A stretch of DNA of 52,751 nt, from positions 1 to 52,751 of the forward strand of contig JAZDNN010000040.1 of assembly GCA_043799675.1 (NCBI GenBank), in the 5' to 3' direction. Below the pieces are notes generated by a model. The model was not told where the DNA came from, searched no databases, and worked only from the letters and a program-made list of their open reading frames with translations. Source of the DNA: Candidatus Aenigmatarchaeota archaeon (GTDB taxonomy: Archaea; Aenigmatarchaeota; Aenigmatarchaeia; Aenigmatarchaeales; JACQIB01). Position 1 is the first letter of the stretch. Every line of letters begins with the position of its first letter. Positions 18,267 through 27,309 of this stretch are shown piece by piece. Position numbers and translations under genes: made by a program.

Positions 18267-18818
18267 ATGGCGGTCCTGCAGGTAAGGAGGCTGGGTGCAA
18301 GCAACCATCCGGCAGTTCCGAAGGGATGGACGGAGGAGCTCTGCGAACTGGCTCTCAACGAGCTTCATCGCCAGGAGCTGGGTCTGCTCGAGGATTGCAC
18401 GATCAGGCGGATGCCGGCAGACGGCATGATAAAGCGCTCGAACGGTTCCGTTTTTCTGGACGGCAACAGGCTCGTCCGGCGGTACGCCGACGGGAATAAT
18501 CCTTACCTTTTTTTCACGCCCCGCCAGACCGTTCTTGCGGCCGGACCCGAACATATGCTGATACGGAGGGAATGCGCCGGGTACGGGCAGGACGGGGTGG
18601 CGATAGTGGACCTTGACAACGGCATGGCCGGCTTCCACAGCCGCATATCGGTCAATTATCTCCTTCATGAGCTGGGACATTCTATCTATGGATTAAGGCA
18701 CCATCGCAGCGGAGCGAAGGTCTGCTCAATGAACAACTACGGAAAGAACGAGAACGTCCTGCATTACTGCCTCGGTTGCCGCGCGAAAGCGAGAAGGGTG
18801 GAAAAGGAACCGACCTAA
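18267..18818 (+). CDS. Divergent archaemetzincin-like zinc metalloprotease
   Basis: HELGHSIYGLRH followed by C-S-M Met-turn and YCLGC. Confidence 0.7.
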   Translation: MAVLQVRRLGASNHPAVPKGWTEELCELALNELHRQELGLLEDCTIRRMPADGMIKRSNGSVFLDGNRLVRRYADGNNPYLFFTPRQTVLAAGPEHMLIRRECAGYGQDGVAIVDLDNGMAGFHSRISVNYLLHELGHSIYGLRHHRSGAKVCSMNNYGKNENVLHYCLGCRAKARRVEKEPT

Positions 18819-19462
18819 CCGTAAAATTCGCCGCTTCCGTTCCCCGTCATCCATATCGCGATGTCCAGCTCTTCCGGCGGGATTTCAAGCTGTTTGGCAA
18901 GCTGGAGGAAAATCTTTTCGTTTTCAGCATACGCTTTCCTGTTCAGCTTCCCTGCCTGGCCTCTCAGCAGGTTGTTTCTTTCCATGAAGTTCTGGACATG
19001 AATGTCCAAAATCGCAAGCCCGTAAATCCCGATGTTGCGCATGAAGTGTGACGCCAGCTTAGGCCCCATTCCCTTCACATTTTCAACGAGCCATTCCCTC
19101 AGCTCTTCTTTTGGCAGCCCGAGCTGCTGTTTGATTGACGGAATCTGTCCTCTTGCCTTGTGCAGGTATTCCGACTTCTTTTTCGAGAATCTCACGCCTT
19201 CCATGCATTTGTGTATCTGGTGCGGATTGGCCGTGAAAAGCATTCCGCATTCCTTCAACCGGTTGATTGTGGCTCTTGCCGTCTTGGCGGAGGATTGTGC
19301 GGTCTGCAGGCAGAACATCAGCTCGGAGGTGATGTGCTCATCGCTCCTGTCGTTTGCCTGAGCCAGGAATCCCTTGATTACCGGCTTGTACCTCTCGTAT
19401 GTCTCAAGAAGTTTCTTTTCCTCTTCTTTGTCAAGGGTCAGCTCAGTTAGTCGGTCTTGCAT
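18815..19462 (-). CDS. ogg: N-glycosylase/DNA lyase (8-oxoguanine DNA glycosylase, HhH family)
   Basis: ELMFCLQTAQSSA, VKGMGPKLASHFMRNIG, AILDIH, ELDIAIW; the track's N-terminal extension overlaps tRNA-Tyr and is rejected. Confidence 0.9.
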   Translation of the reverse strand: MQDRLTELTLDKEEEKKLLETYERYKPVIKGFLAQANDRSDEHITSELMFCLQTAQSSAKTARATINRLKECGMLFTANPHQIHKCMEGVRFSKKKSEYLHKARGQIPSIKQQLGLPKEELREWLVENVKGMGPKLASHFMRNIGIYGLAILDIHVQNFMERNNLLRGQAGKLNRKAYAENEKIFLQLAKQLEIPPEELDIAIWMTGNGSGEFYG

Positions 19463-19502
19463 GATTAGGATGCGCTGCCAAACGATAAAAGGGAAGGAAT
19501 AG

Positions 19503-19575
19503 ACCTGTAAGGGAACAGGTGGAAGTACGCTTCCACCGTTCGGTGGACAGTAGTCCACCTGAAACCGTAGGTTTC
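19503..19575. repeat. Cluster of tandem short hairpins 3' of tRNA-Tyr
   Basis: ACCTGT/ACAGGT, GGTGGAAG/CTTCCACC, GGTGGAC/GTCCACC and GAAACC/GGTTTC inverted repeats. Confidence 0.7.
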
Positions 19576-19585
19576 TCTTGATGAT

Positions 19586-19709
19586 TGGTCCCGCCTGGGA
19601 GATTTGAACTCCCGGCCCCCTGATATCTGCTTTCCGAGCAGCGACTAAACACCCACGCTCAGCGCGCTGGGCTACAGTCAGGTGCTCCACCAGACTGAGC
19701 TAAGGCGGG
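19586..19709 (-). tRNA. tRNA-Tyr(GUA) with a 47-nt canonical 37/38 intron (19625-19671); CCA encoded
   Basis: CCCGCCT/AGGCGGG acceptor (C1-G72), CCTGA-CT GTA G/A-TCAGG, GGGAG-TTCAAAT-CTCCC; BHB helix CTGT/GCAG. Confidence 0.95.
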
Positions 19710-19736
19710 AATCAATTTAGGTGATGACCTCTTAAA

Positions 19737-19800
19737 TTGATATTGCGAAGCCAAATTAGGAGAAGTAAACCCTTAGAGGAACCTAGGTTCCTCTCGGGAG
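19737..19800 (+). repeat. Dispersed palindromic repeat, copy 1
   Basis: TTGATATTGCGAAGCCAAATTAGGA...AGAGGAACCTAGGTTCCTCTCGGGAG; matches the reverse complement of 38287-38336. Confidence 0.8.
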
Positions 19801-19829
19801 GGAATGAGTCTAGGCTTTGGCCTCTTAAA

Positions 19830-21212
19830 TTAGTTGTCGACCGCGACTTTCAGTACGGGTTTCTGCTTCTCGCCCGGCAGTTTCGTGCTTGATGAGCTTG
19901 ACAGTATGGTCTTCTCGCCGCGCTTTGCGGTCAGTCTCGCGTGGGGAAGGTCTACCGCGCGGTTGCCGTTTATCCTGTAATGCAGGACCCTCTGCTCCCC
20001 CTTCCGCATTCCGCCTATCCTCCAGACCAGCTCCGTTCCTCCGCCTATCGCCCTGGTTATCGGCCGCAGCGTCTCGAAGTGCGCACCGAGCCTGAATCCG
20101 GACGGCACCATGTCCCTCACGATTACCCCGTCCACCGCACTGCCGCGGTTCGCCACCGTCAGCGAGATCATCCAGTCCCCGTCCTTCTTCGTCACCTTTT
20201 TCTTGAGCGCGATTGCGGTTATCCAGAAGTATGCGTAAACACCGCCGGCAAGGAGGGCGATGATTATTATCGGCACCGGCCAATAGAACTCCGTATAGCT
20301 TACTGTGTTGCTGGTTCCCGGCGGCAGCTGGACCACCCATGTCACGCTGTTCCCGCTCTGGCTGGTCGGGGTCTGTTCGAAGCTCAGGCTCACCCACGGG
20401 CTGGGTGTCGCCGTGGCGGTTATGGTTGCCGTGTCCGGTGCATTGCCTCCGTTCACCGCGGTGTATCTTACGGTCCTGCTCCACGGCAGAAGGAATTCCC
20501 CGTTGGCTACCTGGACGTTCTTTATCAGCGGTATGTTGAAGTTGATGATTCTGGAATCCATCAGTCCGTCGTCACTTGTCAGTTCGGCGCGGGCGAAGTA
20601 ACTCCCCGGAACCGTGCCCTCAAGGTTCAGTTTTCCCCTCAGTGTCTTCTTCGCTCCGGTAGCGACGTCACCCAGGTCCAGCGGTATCTGCTGCCCCGGG
20701 CCGCTCATCACCACCCTGAATCCTCTGAGCAAGGTCGTCCCCACGTTCTCGACGCTCACATCGAAATCTGCTTCCTTGGCTGTGCATTCGGTGCAGCTCA
20801 GATTGAATGTCCTTATCACCGCGGCCGCAACGTGCTGTTTCACGGTTGTCGACCATTCGTTCTCGATGTTGCTGCTGGTCGTCTGTTCGGTCACGGTGAA
20901 TGAGAACCTGTACGTCGCGGCTTTCGCATCGAGGGACGGGGTGAACCTTACGATGAACGTTCCGTTTGTTCCCATCTGTATCTGTATTCCGACCGGTCCC
21001 TGCACATGAGACCATGTGCTGGCCTCCGGCGAGGCTATTATCTGCGACATGGTGTAGAAGCTGGTAGCGCCGGAATTGTGGATGTTGATGATTATGTCCG
21101 CGTTGCCCCCGGCGTAAATGTCGTCGGGTGCGCTCACGTCCACGGTGAATGCCGCAAGCGCCGGTGAAGCTATCATCGCAAGCATCGCGGCGAGAAGCAA
21201 AATGTTTCGCAT
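19830..21212 (-). CDS. Secreted, membrane-anchored protein with Ig-like (CARDB/NEW3-like) beta domains and a cytoplasmic C-terminal domain
   Basis: Signal peptide, V.N.G beta-sandwich repeats, TM helix about 100 aa before the C-terminus. Confidence 0.75.
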   Translation of the reverse strand: MRNILLLAAMLAMIASPALAAFTVDVSAPDDIYAGGNADIIINIHNSGATSFYTMSQIIASPEASTWSHVQGPVGIQIQMGTNGTFIVRFTPSLDAKAATYRFSFTVTEQTTSSNIENEWSTTVKQHVAAAVIRTFNLSCTECTAKEADFDVSVENVGTTLLRGFRVVMSGPGQQIPLDLGDVATGAKKTLRGKLNLEGTVPGSYFARAELTSDDGLMDSRIINFNIPLIKNVQVANGEFLLPWSRTVRYTAVNGGNAPDTATITATATPSPWVSLSFEQTPTSQSGNSVTWVVQLPPGTSNTVSYTEFYWPVPIIIIALLAGGVYAYFWITAIALKKKVTKKDGDWMISLTVANRGSAVDGVIVRDMVPSGFRLGAHFETLRPITRAIGGGTELVWRIGGMRKGEQRVLHYRINGNRAVDLPHARLTAKRGEKTILSSSSSTKLPGEKQKPVLKVAVDN

Positions 21213-21245
21213 GCCCCAGATTGCTTCTGCCGCCTTATAAAATAA

Positions 21246-21557
21246 CTACTTGGAGCGGCGCACAAACAGCCAGGCAACGAACACGAGCGCGGTGATGCCG
21301 CCGAGCGCATAAACGACGGTCATTCCGGTCGAACGCAGCATTTCCTGCAGGCTTCCGGTGGTGGTGGCGGGTATCGGGAGCCCTTTTGCCAGCCAATCCC
21401 CGATGTAGACTATCACGAACAGCCCTATTGTCAGCACAAGAAGGCTGATGAACAGCTGCTGCAGGCCCTTGCCTTTGGTTTCCGGCTTCGGCTTGGTTAT
21501 CTCCGGTATCTTTATGTTCCCGCCGGTCGGCTGCGGTTGTTCGGTCTGTGTATCCAT
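21246..21557 (-). CDS. Small 2-TM membrane protein
   Basis: Follows eif2g by 4 nt; two hydrophobic helices. Confidence 0.65.
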   Translation of the reverse strand: MDTQTEQPQPTGGNIKIPEITKPKPETKGKGLQQLFISLLVLTIGLFVIVYIGDWLAKGLPIPATTTGSLQEMLRSTGMTVVYALGGITALVFVAWLFVRRSK

Positions 21558-21561
21558 GTAA

Positions 21562-22773
21562 TCACTTCAGTGTTCCCCATCCTATAAGTCTCCACCTGTC
21601 GCCAATACGCTTGCTTATCGCGATCCTGTCACCGACCTGTGCCACGACGGGCAATCTGAGCTCGAGTTCCGCCAGGCCTTTCTTTACGATTTCCACCGTT
21701 CCGGCAGTCCTGGCAACTCCGATGTTCAGCAGCAGCTGGTCCCCCTGCTTCACAGGGTCTATCTTTTCTCCGTCCATGCTGGGAAACAATTGAAGCTCGA
21801 TTTTGACCTTGAATATGGTCGGGGGAAGCGCCTCCGGCGTGCCCGCCACGCTTCCGGACAGGCTGTCCGCCTTTGAAAGCGAAGGATCGAGGCCCGTCAT
21901 CACTCCGAGAAGTCCGCCAGGTCCCGCTTCCTCCATATTTATCCCGGTCTTCTGTATGCCGCTCACTTTTGTTTTGAGTGCGACCCATTTTCCCCTGATG
22001 CTCACGCCCGGCCTGATTTCTATTTCATCCCCGACCTTCAGCCTCCCCTGCATCAGGCTCCCGCCGAGGACCCCTCCCCTCAGCTTCTCGACCTGTGTCC
22101 CGGGCTTGTTGACGTCAAAGCTTCTTACGACAAGCATGCGCGGCGGTTTGGCAGGATCGTGCTGCGGTGTCGGTATGTTTTCCTGTATGGCGTTCAGCAG
22201 CGCCTCGATGTTGACCTTCGCCTGCGAACTCACCGGAATGACGGGCACGTTCTCGGCGACCGTTCCCTTGACGAACGCCTTTATTTCCTGGTAATTCTTC
22301 ATCGCCTGCTCCTCGTTGACCAGGTCTATCTTGGTCTGCACTATGACCATGTTATTGAGCCCGGCAATGTTCAGGACCATCAGGTGCTCCCTGGTCTGGG
22401 GTTGCGGGCACTTCTCATTTGCCGCAATGACAAGCAAAGCCCCGTTCATCAGGGCGGCTCCCGCCAATGCCGTGGCCATCAGTGTTTCATGCCCCGGCGC
22501 GTCCACAAAACTGACCGTTCTCACCGGAGTTGTCTCGGATGCATGTGCCAGGCATTTCTTGGATATCGTCAGCTCCCCGCCTTTTTCACATTTGTAAATG
22601 GTCGCATCCGCATAGCCCAGTCTTATCGTTATTCCCCGTTTGAGCTCTTCGGAATGCGATGCGGGCCACTTCCCCGTGAGGGCCTCGACCAGCGTGCTTT
22701 TCCCGTGGTCGACGTGGCCCAGCGTGCCTATGTTCACTTCCGGAAGCAGTCGCGGGTCTGGCTCGGTCATCAT
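21562..22773 (-). CDS. eif2g: Translation initiation factor aIF2 gamma
   Basis: GHVDHGKST, EELKRGITIRLGYA, DAPGHE, PQPQTREH, RSFDVNKPG, WRLIGWG. Confidence 0.97.
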   Translation of the reverse strand: MMTEPDPRLLPEVNIGTLGHVDHGKSTLVEALTGKWPASHSEELKRGITIRLGYADATIYKCEKGGELTISKKCLAHASETTPVRTVSFVDAPGHETLMATALAGAALMNGALLVIAANEKCPQPQTREHLMVLNIAGLNNMVIVQTKIDLVNEEQAMKNYQEIKAFVKGTVAENVPVIPVSSQAKVNIEALLNAIQENIPTPQHDPAKPPRMLVVRSFDVNKPGTQVEKLRGGVLGGSLMQGRLKVGDEIEIRPGVSIRGKWVALKTKVSGIQKTGINMEEAGPGGLLGVMTGLDPSLSKADSLSGSVAGTPEALPPTIFKVKIELQLFPSMDGEKIDPVKQGDQLLLNIGVARTAGTVEIVKKGLAELELRLPVVAQVGDRIAISKRIGDRWRLIGWGTLK

Positions 22774-23174
22774 TTATTTTCCTCTTTCTTCTCTTCGGCC
22801 TTCTTTTCCTTGGGCGGTATCCCGAGTATCACCGCTACGTCCCCTTCCCCCTGCGTTATCTTGCAGTTGAGCTGCATTGTGTCCGGAGAAACGGTGTTCC
22901 CTCGCACAAGTTTCCGCCTTCTCTGCCCTTCCTTCAGCGGCTTGAATCCCGGCGGTCCGCTCAGAAGTATCCTTTTCCTTCCCGGTCCCGGAAGCTCCAC
23001 CCTCATTGGGAACCCTTCCTTGTCGCTCCCGCCGGTTATCTTCAGCATGAAGCCGTTAAGCCCTATCAACGAGCCGTCAAATGTTTCGCCTATTTTCAGC
23101 CCCGCAATGGTCGGGACATCTTTCTCAATCTGGTAGCTCTTCCGCGTCTTCGGTTCGCCTATCACTATCTTCAT
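22770..23174 (-). CDS. rps6e: 30S ribosomal protein S6e
   Basis: ITGGSDKEGFPMR, GQRRRKLVRGN. Confidence 0.95.
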   Translation of the reverse strand: MKIVIGEPKTRKSYQIEKDVPTIAGLKIGETFDGSLIGLNGFMLKITGGSDKEGFPMRVELPGPGRKRILLSGPPGFKPLKEGQRRRKLVRGNTVSPDTMQLNCKITQGEGDVAVILGIPPKEKKAEEKKEENK

Positions 23175-23281
23175 CCAATCAACCCCCTCAGTTTGCCGAT
23201 CACGTACAGGCCGGCTTTCGTCGGCTCCATATCAAGGCACATCTCCGAGTGCTCCTAGTTCAGGACCGACCTTTTTAAATG

Positions 23282-23794
23282 TTATTTCCGCGTTTTGTCG
23301 AACAATTTTTCAGCGGGACAGCCGAGCTTTCGCTGCTTGCAGTATTTGCAGGCGAGCTTGCTTCTTACAAGCCCGCTGGCGGGAAACCCCAGAACGAATA
23401 GCGTTATCAGCAACATCAGGAAAAGCCAGTCAAAACGCATTGTCAGAAGCCAGACGGCCGCAATCATCGGCACTACGGCGGCCATGAAATCGGGGATTAT
23501 GCTCTTCCATGTTATCGGACGGTCGGCAAACTTTTTGTTGCCTTTCTTGAATAACACGCAGCTAAGCCTGCCCTTCCCGAACGCGCACGTCTTGCCGAAA
23601 TAATAGCAGCTCGTGCAGTGATTTTTCAATAGTCGTATTTCCAGGAACAGGATGTAAAGCAGGTAGAGCGCGAGCCAGACGGGTCCGATATTGCAGATTA
23701 TGAACGCACCGATAAGGTAGGTTGATATTGAAACGAGGTTAGAGACCAGCACTATCCGGAACGGATAGTTCTCGCAAAGTTTCTCTTGGACCAT
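23282..23794 (-). CDS. 4-TM membrane protein with Cys clusters
   Basis: CTSCYYFGKTC and CKYCKQRKLGCP; hydrophobic helices; AT-richer DNA. Confidence 0.7.
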   Translation of the reverse strand: MVQEKLCENYPFRIVLVSNLVSISTYLIGAFIICNIGPVWLALYLLYILFLEIRLLKNHCTSCYYFGKTCAFGKGRLSCVLFKKGNKKFADRPITWKSIIPDFMAAVVPMIAAVWLLTMRFDWLFLMLLITLFVLGFPASGLVRSKLACKYCKQRKLGCPAEKLFDKTRK

Positions 23795-23824
23795 GTTTCG
23801 AATACGGATTTTGCCGTTTAAAAG

Positions 23825-25552
23825 TTACCCTACTTTTGCCAGGATTTCCCTTGCCAGGCTCGCTTCTTCCCAGAGTCCGAGCTCCTCCAGTATCTTCAGG
23901 TCCCTGTCGTACAAGTGAGTGACAAGCTCGTCCCCTTCCTTGATTTGCCTTCCGACCGTCGGGCCCTCGATTGAGACAGCTACCCTTTGCCCTTTCTCCG
24001 CCTTCCCGACCGTCTGTCCTTCGTTCTGGATGTCCCTTATCCAGCCTATTTCCTTCCCTTCCTTGTGCAGCCTGATTCCCGACTTTATGCTGCCGGCCAG
24101 CACTTCGACTCCGACGATTGCCGGGTCATTGGCACGGAAAACAAAACCTGGTAGAATCTTGATTTTTCCCGGCATGGTTATGGTTGCGAGCTTGGCTTCC
24201 CGTTCTTTCGCCTTCTGTTCGATCAGCCAGGAGTCATAGCCCTCCAAAACCCTGTAGATTATTTCGCCTGAAACGATGTGCACCCCGTGGTCCTTCGATT
24301 CGTTCTGCACTTCCGCCGCCAACGGGACGTTGAACGCGAGCATCACCCTCTTGTAAGGGTCCGTTACCGTCTCGAGTTCCATGATGTCCTTCCTTGTCGG
24401 GGGGCCGACCTCCGCCTTCCGTATTTCGATGCCGTGCTCCTGTGCGAGCCTTATCAGTGCCTCCAGGCTGCCGAGTGTGTCCGCCCTGAGGATTGTCCCC
24501 TCGCGCGCGCTTGCGAACTCCACCTGCTCCACCTCTGCCGAGAGTTCCTTCTTCGCCTTCTCCGCTTCCGCTTCTGTTCTCACGGCCCTTATGGGGCTGC
24601 CTGCTATCGCTCTCTCCAAATCGGGAGCGGATACCTTCACGCCTGCAGCGGCAGTGACAGATTCTACAGGTTCGAACTCCTTCTCCGTCCTTATCTCGTG
24701 CAGCGGCTTCGGCTTCAGCAGGGCCTTTATCTTGGTGATTATCGGTTCCCTTCCACCGATGACCAGCCAGTCCCCTTTCCTGATTTCCCCGTCGTGTAGG
24801 ATTATGTCCGCGGCCATGCCGAGCCCCCTTACTTCTTTTATCTCGAGGATTGCACCCGCTCCCGGACCCTCCGTCGATTTTAGTTGGTCCTTCAGGAACG
24901 TCTGTGACAATCCCGCCAGCATCATCAGCAGCTCGGGCAGTCCTTCACCTGTGGTGCCCGAGACCGGAACTATGGCCACCGTTTTCTTGAAATCCGAAAT
25001 CCTGTCAAACCTGTCGCTCTCGAACCCGCGCTGGGACAGCTGGCCAAGTATCTTGTACACCGCATTGTCCACTGCTTCTCTCACGTGCTCCGGCTGCTTT
25101 CCCAGGCTGTCCGCAAAGCTTGAATTCTCATAGGAATGCCAGCCCTGTATCCTGTCCACCTTGGTAGCGGCAACCACGAAGGGCGTCTTGAACTCCTTGA
25201 GGAATCCCAACGCTTCATCGGTCTGCGGCTGGAATCCCTCGTTTATGTCGATGACCAGTATCGCCAGGTCCGCTATGCTGCTTCCCCGCTTGCGGATGGT
25301 CGTGAAGGCGGCATGCCCCGGCGTGTCAAGCATCAGGAGGCCCGGAATGTCCAGCCTGATGTTGAGCTTGTCAAGAAGTTTTCCGGAAGTCTTCCGTATG
25401 GCTTCCGCGGGTATCTCGCTTGCGCCCGCGTGCTGGGTGATGAATCCCGCTTCCTTTGCCGCGACAGCGCTGCCTCTAATCCTGTCCAGAAGGGTCGTCT
25501 TGCCGTGGTCGACATGACCAAGCACTGCAACGATGGGCTGTCGGAAGGTCAT
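23825..25552 (-). CDS. infB: Translation initiation factor aIF5B (IF-2)
   Basis: RQPIVAVLGHVDHGKTT, EAGFITQH, DTPGHAAF, DTLGSLEAL, GPTVGRQI. Confidence 0.97.
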   Translation of the reverse strand: MTFRQPIVAVLGHVDHGKTTLLDRIRGSAVAAKEAGFITQHAGASEIPAEAIRKTSGKLLDKLNIRLDIPGLLMLDTPGHAAFTTIRKRGSSIADLAILVIDINEGFQPQTDEALGFLKEFKTPFVVAATKVDRIQGWHSYENSSFADSLGKQPEHVREAVDNAVYKILGQLSQRGFESDRFDRISDFKKTVAIVPVSGTTGEGLPELLMMLAGLSQTFLKDQLKSTEGPGAGAILEIKEVRGLGMAADIILHDGEIRKGDWLVIGGREPIITKIKALLKPKPLHEIRTEKEFEPVESVTAAAGVKVSAPDLERAIAGSPIRAVRTEAEAEKAKKELSAEVEQVEFASAREGTILRADTLGSLEALIRLAQEHGIEIRKAEVGPPTRKDIMELETVTDPYKRVMLAFNVPLAAEVQNESKDHGVHIVSGEIIYRVLEGYDSWLIEQKAKEREAKLATITMPGKIKILPGFVFRANDPAIVGVEVLAGSIKSGIRLHKEGKEIGWIRDIQNEGQTVGKAEKGQRVAVSIEGPTVGRQIKEGDELVTHLYDRDLKILEELGLWEEASLAREILAKVG

Positions 25553-25596
25553 ACACACTCACGTCCAAGCTTGCTCGTCAGAGTTTAAAAGTCGGC

Positions 25597-26658
25597 TTAA
25601 TGCGAGAATGCCCTGAGTCTGCTGAATAGGAGCGCCATTTCCCATTTGTCCCCTGCTGCTATTACTTCCGGCGCATGTATCCCGCCCTCCCCTGTGATGA
25701 CGGCCTTCACGCCGTGGTAGCCGAGCGCATCGATCCCGTCCACCCTGGGGAAGAAGCCGTCGCTGGCCGCCACCGCTCCGTTTGACCTGCATGTGCACGG
25801 AAGCCCGAATCGCGTGAGCATTGACTGGTCATCCGCGTTTTCTACCGCCATCTTTACCGCCCGGTTCCGCTTCGTGCTGGTCCCTATTCCGTACGTCCAG
25901 AACGCTTCGAGCTTTCCGTCTTTCACCCTTCCGTCCCCGACGACCACCGCATTCGAGGGGATCTTGCGTGCAACCTCCCACTCGGCAAGCAGCTTGATTT
26001 TTTCCTCTTCGGTCGGCTGTCTCTTGGATACGACCTCGGTGTCGCCCATGGTAAGTTTTTTCGAATAATCGGGAAGCTCCTCAACCAGGACGCCGCCGTC
26101 CACGAACCTTACATCGTATTTGAAATCGCTGAGCATCCCCGTCTTGAACACCCGCATCCTGCCGACGCCCTTCCCTTTCCTGCAGGTCTTGAGTATGTCC
26201 AGCGCACCCGCCTCATAGCTTGGGGCTGCAATCACGTCCCTGATGTCGCCGGCATCCGCGTTCGCTTTTATCGCCGCGGCGACCTTCGCGGTCAGACGTT
26301 GTGTGTAGACCTCCACGCCGCCGAGGTTTGCCTCGAGGTCGCATTGCGTGGCTTTTTCCCTGGCCTCCTCTATCGTGGGTGCGAAAGCGAAGCCGGCAGG
26401 TATGCCGTGCTTGGCCACCACCATGGCCGGACGGTCCTCGTAACCGTCCAGGAACCTTCTCGTGAGCCCGAGCTCGCGCAGGTTGTTGAACGAGGCTGGC
26501 TGTCCGTACAGCTGCTCGCATTCCGGAAGTCCGGACGAATTCGCGGGAAGCCTGTAGAACGCGGCCTTCTGCCCCGGGTTCGACCCGTAGTCGATGTCCC
26601 TTACCTTCCGCATGTCGAATGACAAGTCGTTCGGAAAGCTCGATTCGTTGTTGCTCAT
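25597..26658 (-). CDS. purH: PurH C-terminal half (AICAR transformylase domain)
   Basis: YGSNPGQKAAFY, SFNN, AKHGIPAG (catalytic KH), PSNAVV, ASDGFFPRVDGI, RAFSH. Confidence 0.85.
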   Translation of the reverse strand: MSNNESSFPNDLSFDMRKVRDIDYGSNPGQKAAFYRLPANSSGLPECEQLYGQPASFNNLRELGLTRRFLDGYEDRPAMVVAKHGIPAGFAFAPTIEEAREKATQCDLEANLGGVEVYTQRLTAKVAAAIKANADAGDIRDVIAAPSYEAGALDILKTCRKGKGVGRMRVFKTGMLSDFKYDVRFVDGGVLVEELPDYSKKLTMGDTEVVSKRQPTEEEKIKLLAEWEVARKIPSNAVVVGDGRVKDGKLEAFWTYGIGTSTKRNRAVKMAVENADDQSMLTRFGLPCTCRSNGAVAASDGFFPRVDGIDALGYHGVKAVITGEGGIHAPEVIAAGDKWEMALLFSRLRAFSH

Positions 26659-26667
26659 TTCGGAATC

Positions 26668-27285
26668 TCACTCCGTGTACGGGCCGGTCAGCTCGTTCAG
26701 GTTGTGCCAGACGGATATCGCGGCATAGTATTCGGCCAGTCTCTTCCTGGCTTCCACCGCAAGCTCCCATCTGGTCCTCCTGCTTATTCCGCCGTTCCGT
26801 ACTTCCAGCGCTATCGATCTGTACTTGTGCGGGTTGGACACCGCCGCGACGCCCTCCCAGTTCTTTGCCGCGGCTGCGAGCATGGTCGGCCCGCCGATGT
26901 CTATATTTTCTATGCAATCTGCAAACGTCGCGCCTTTCTCTTTAATCTTCTGTTCGAACGGGTAAAGGTTGCACACGACCATGTCTATCGGTTTCAGTTT
27001 CTGCTCTTCCATCTCCCGGACATGTTGCGGGTTGTCACGCATGTAAAGTATTCCGGCATGGACCTCGTACTGCAGGGTCTTCACCCTTCCGCCGAGTATC
27101 TCCGGCCTGCCGGTGTAATCCTTTATGGAAACGGCTTTCAGTCCGGCCTTCTGCAGTTCGTCCAGCGTGCCCCCGGTGGACACCAGTTCGACCTGACAGT
27201 CCTGCAGATTTTTCGCAAATTCCGCTATTCCGGTCTTGTCATAGACGCCCAACAGCGCCCTTTTCGGCTGCAAAATCCAATTCAT
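26668..27285 (-). CDS. purH: PurH N-terminal half (IMP cyclohydrolase domain)
   Basis: RALLGVYDKTGI, STGGT, PEILGGRVKTL, VVCNLYPF, ENIDIGGPTMLAAAAKN. Confidence 0.9.
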   Translation of the reverse strand: MNWILQPKRALLGVYDKTGIAEFAKNLQDCQVELVSTGGTLDELQKAGLKAVSIKDYTGRPEILGGRVKTLQYEVHAGILYMRDNPQHVREMEEQKLKPIDMVVCNLYPFEQKIKEKGATFADCIENIDIGGPTMLAAAAKNWEGVAAVSNPHKYRSIALEVRNGGISRRTRWELAVEARKRLAEYYAAISVWHNLNELTGPYTE

Positions 27286-27309
27286 TTAATCATCCCCAAT
27301 CATACCATC

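Noticed and set aside
19463..19690. N-terminal extension of the ogg ORF in the track
   Set aside because: Runs through tRNA-Tyr and the hairpin cluster; homology begins near ATG 19462
23171..23242. 23-codon ORF or small RNA upstream of rps6e
   Set aside because: Has an ATGA overlap and a GAAA hairpin, but is too short and motif-free to support
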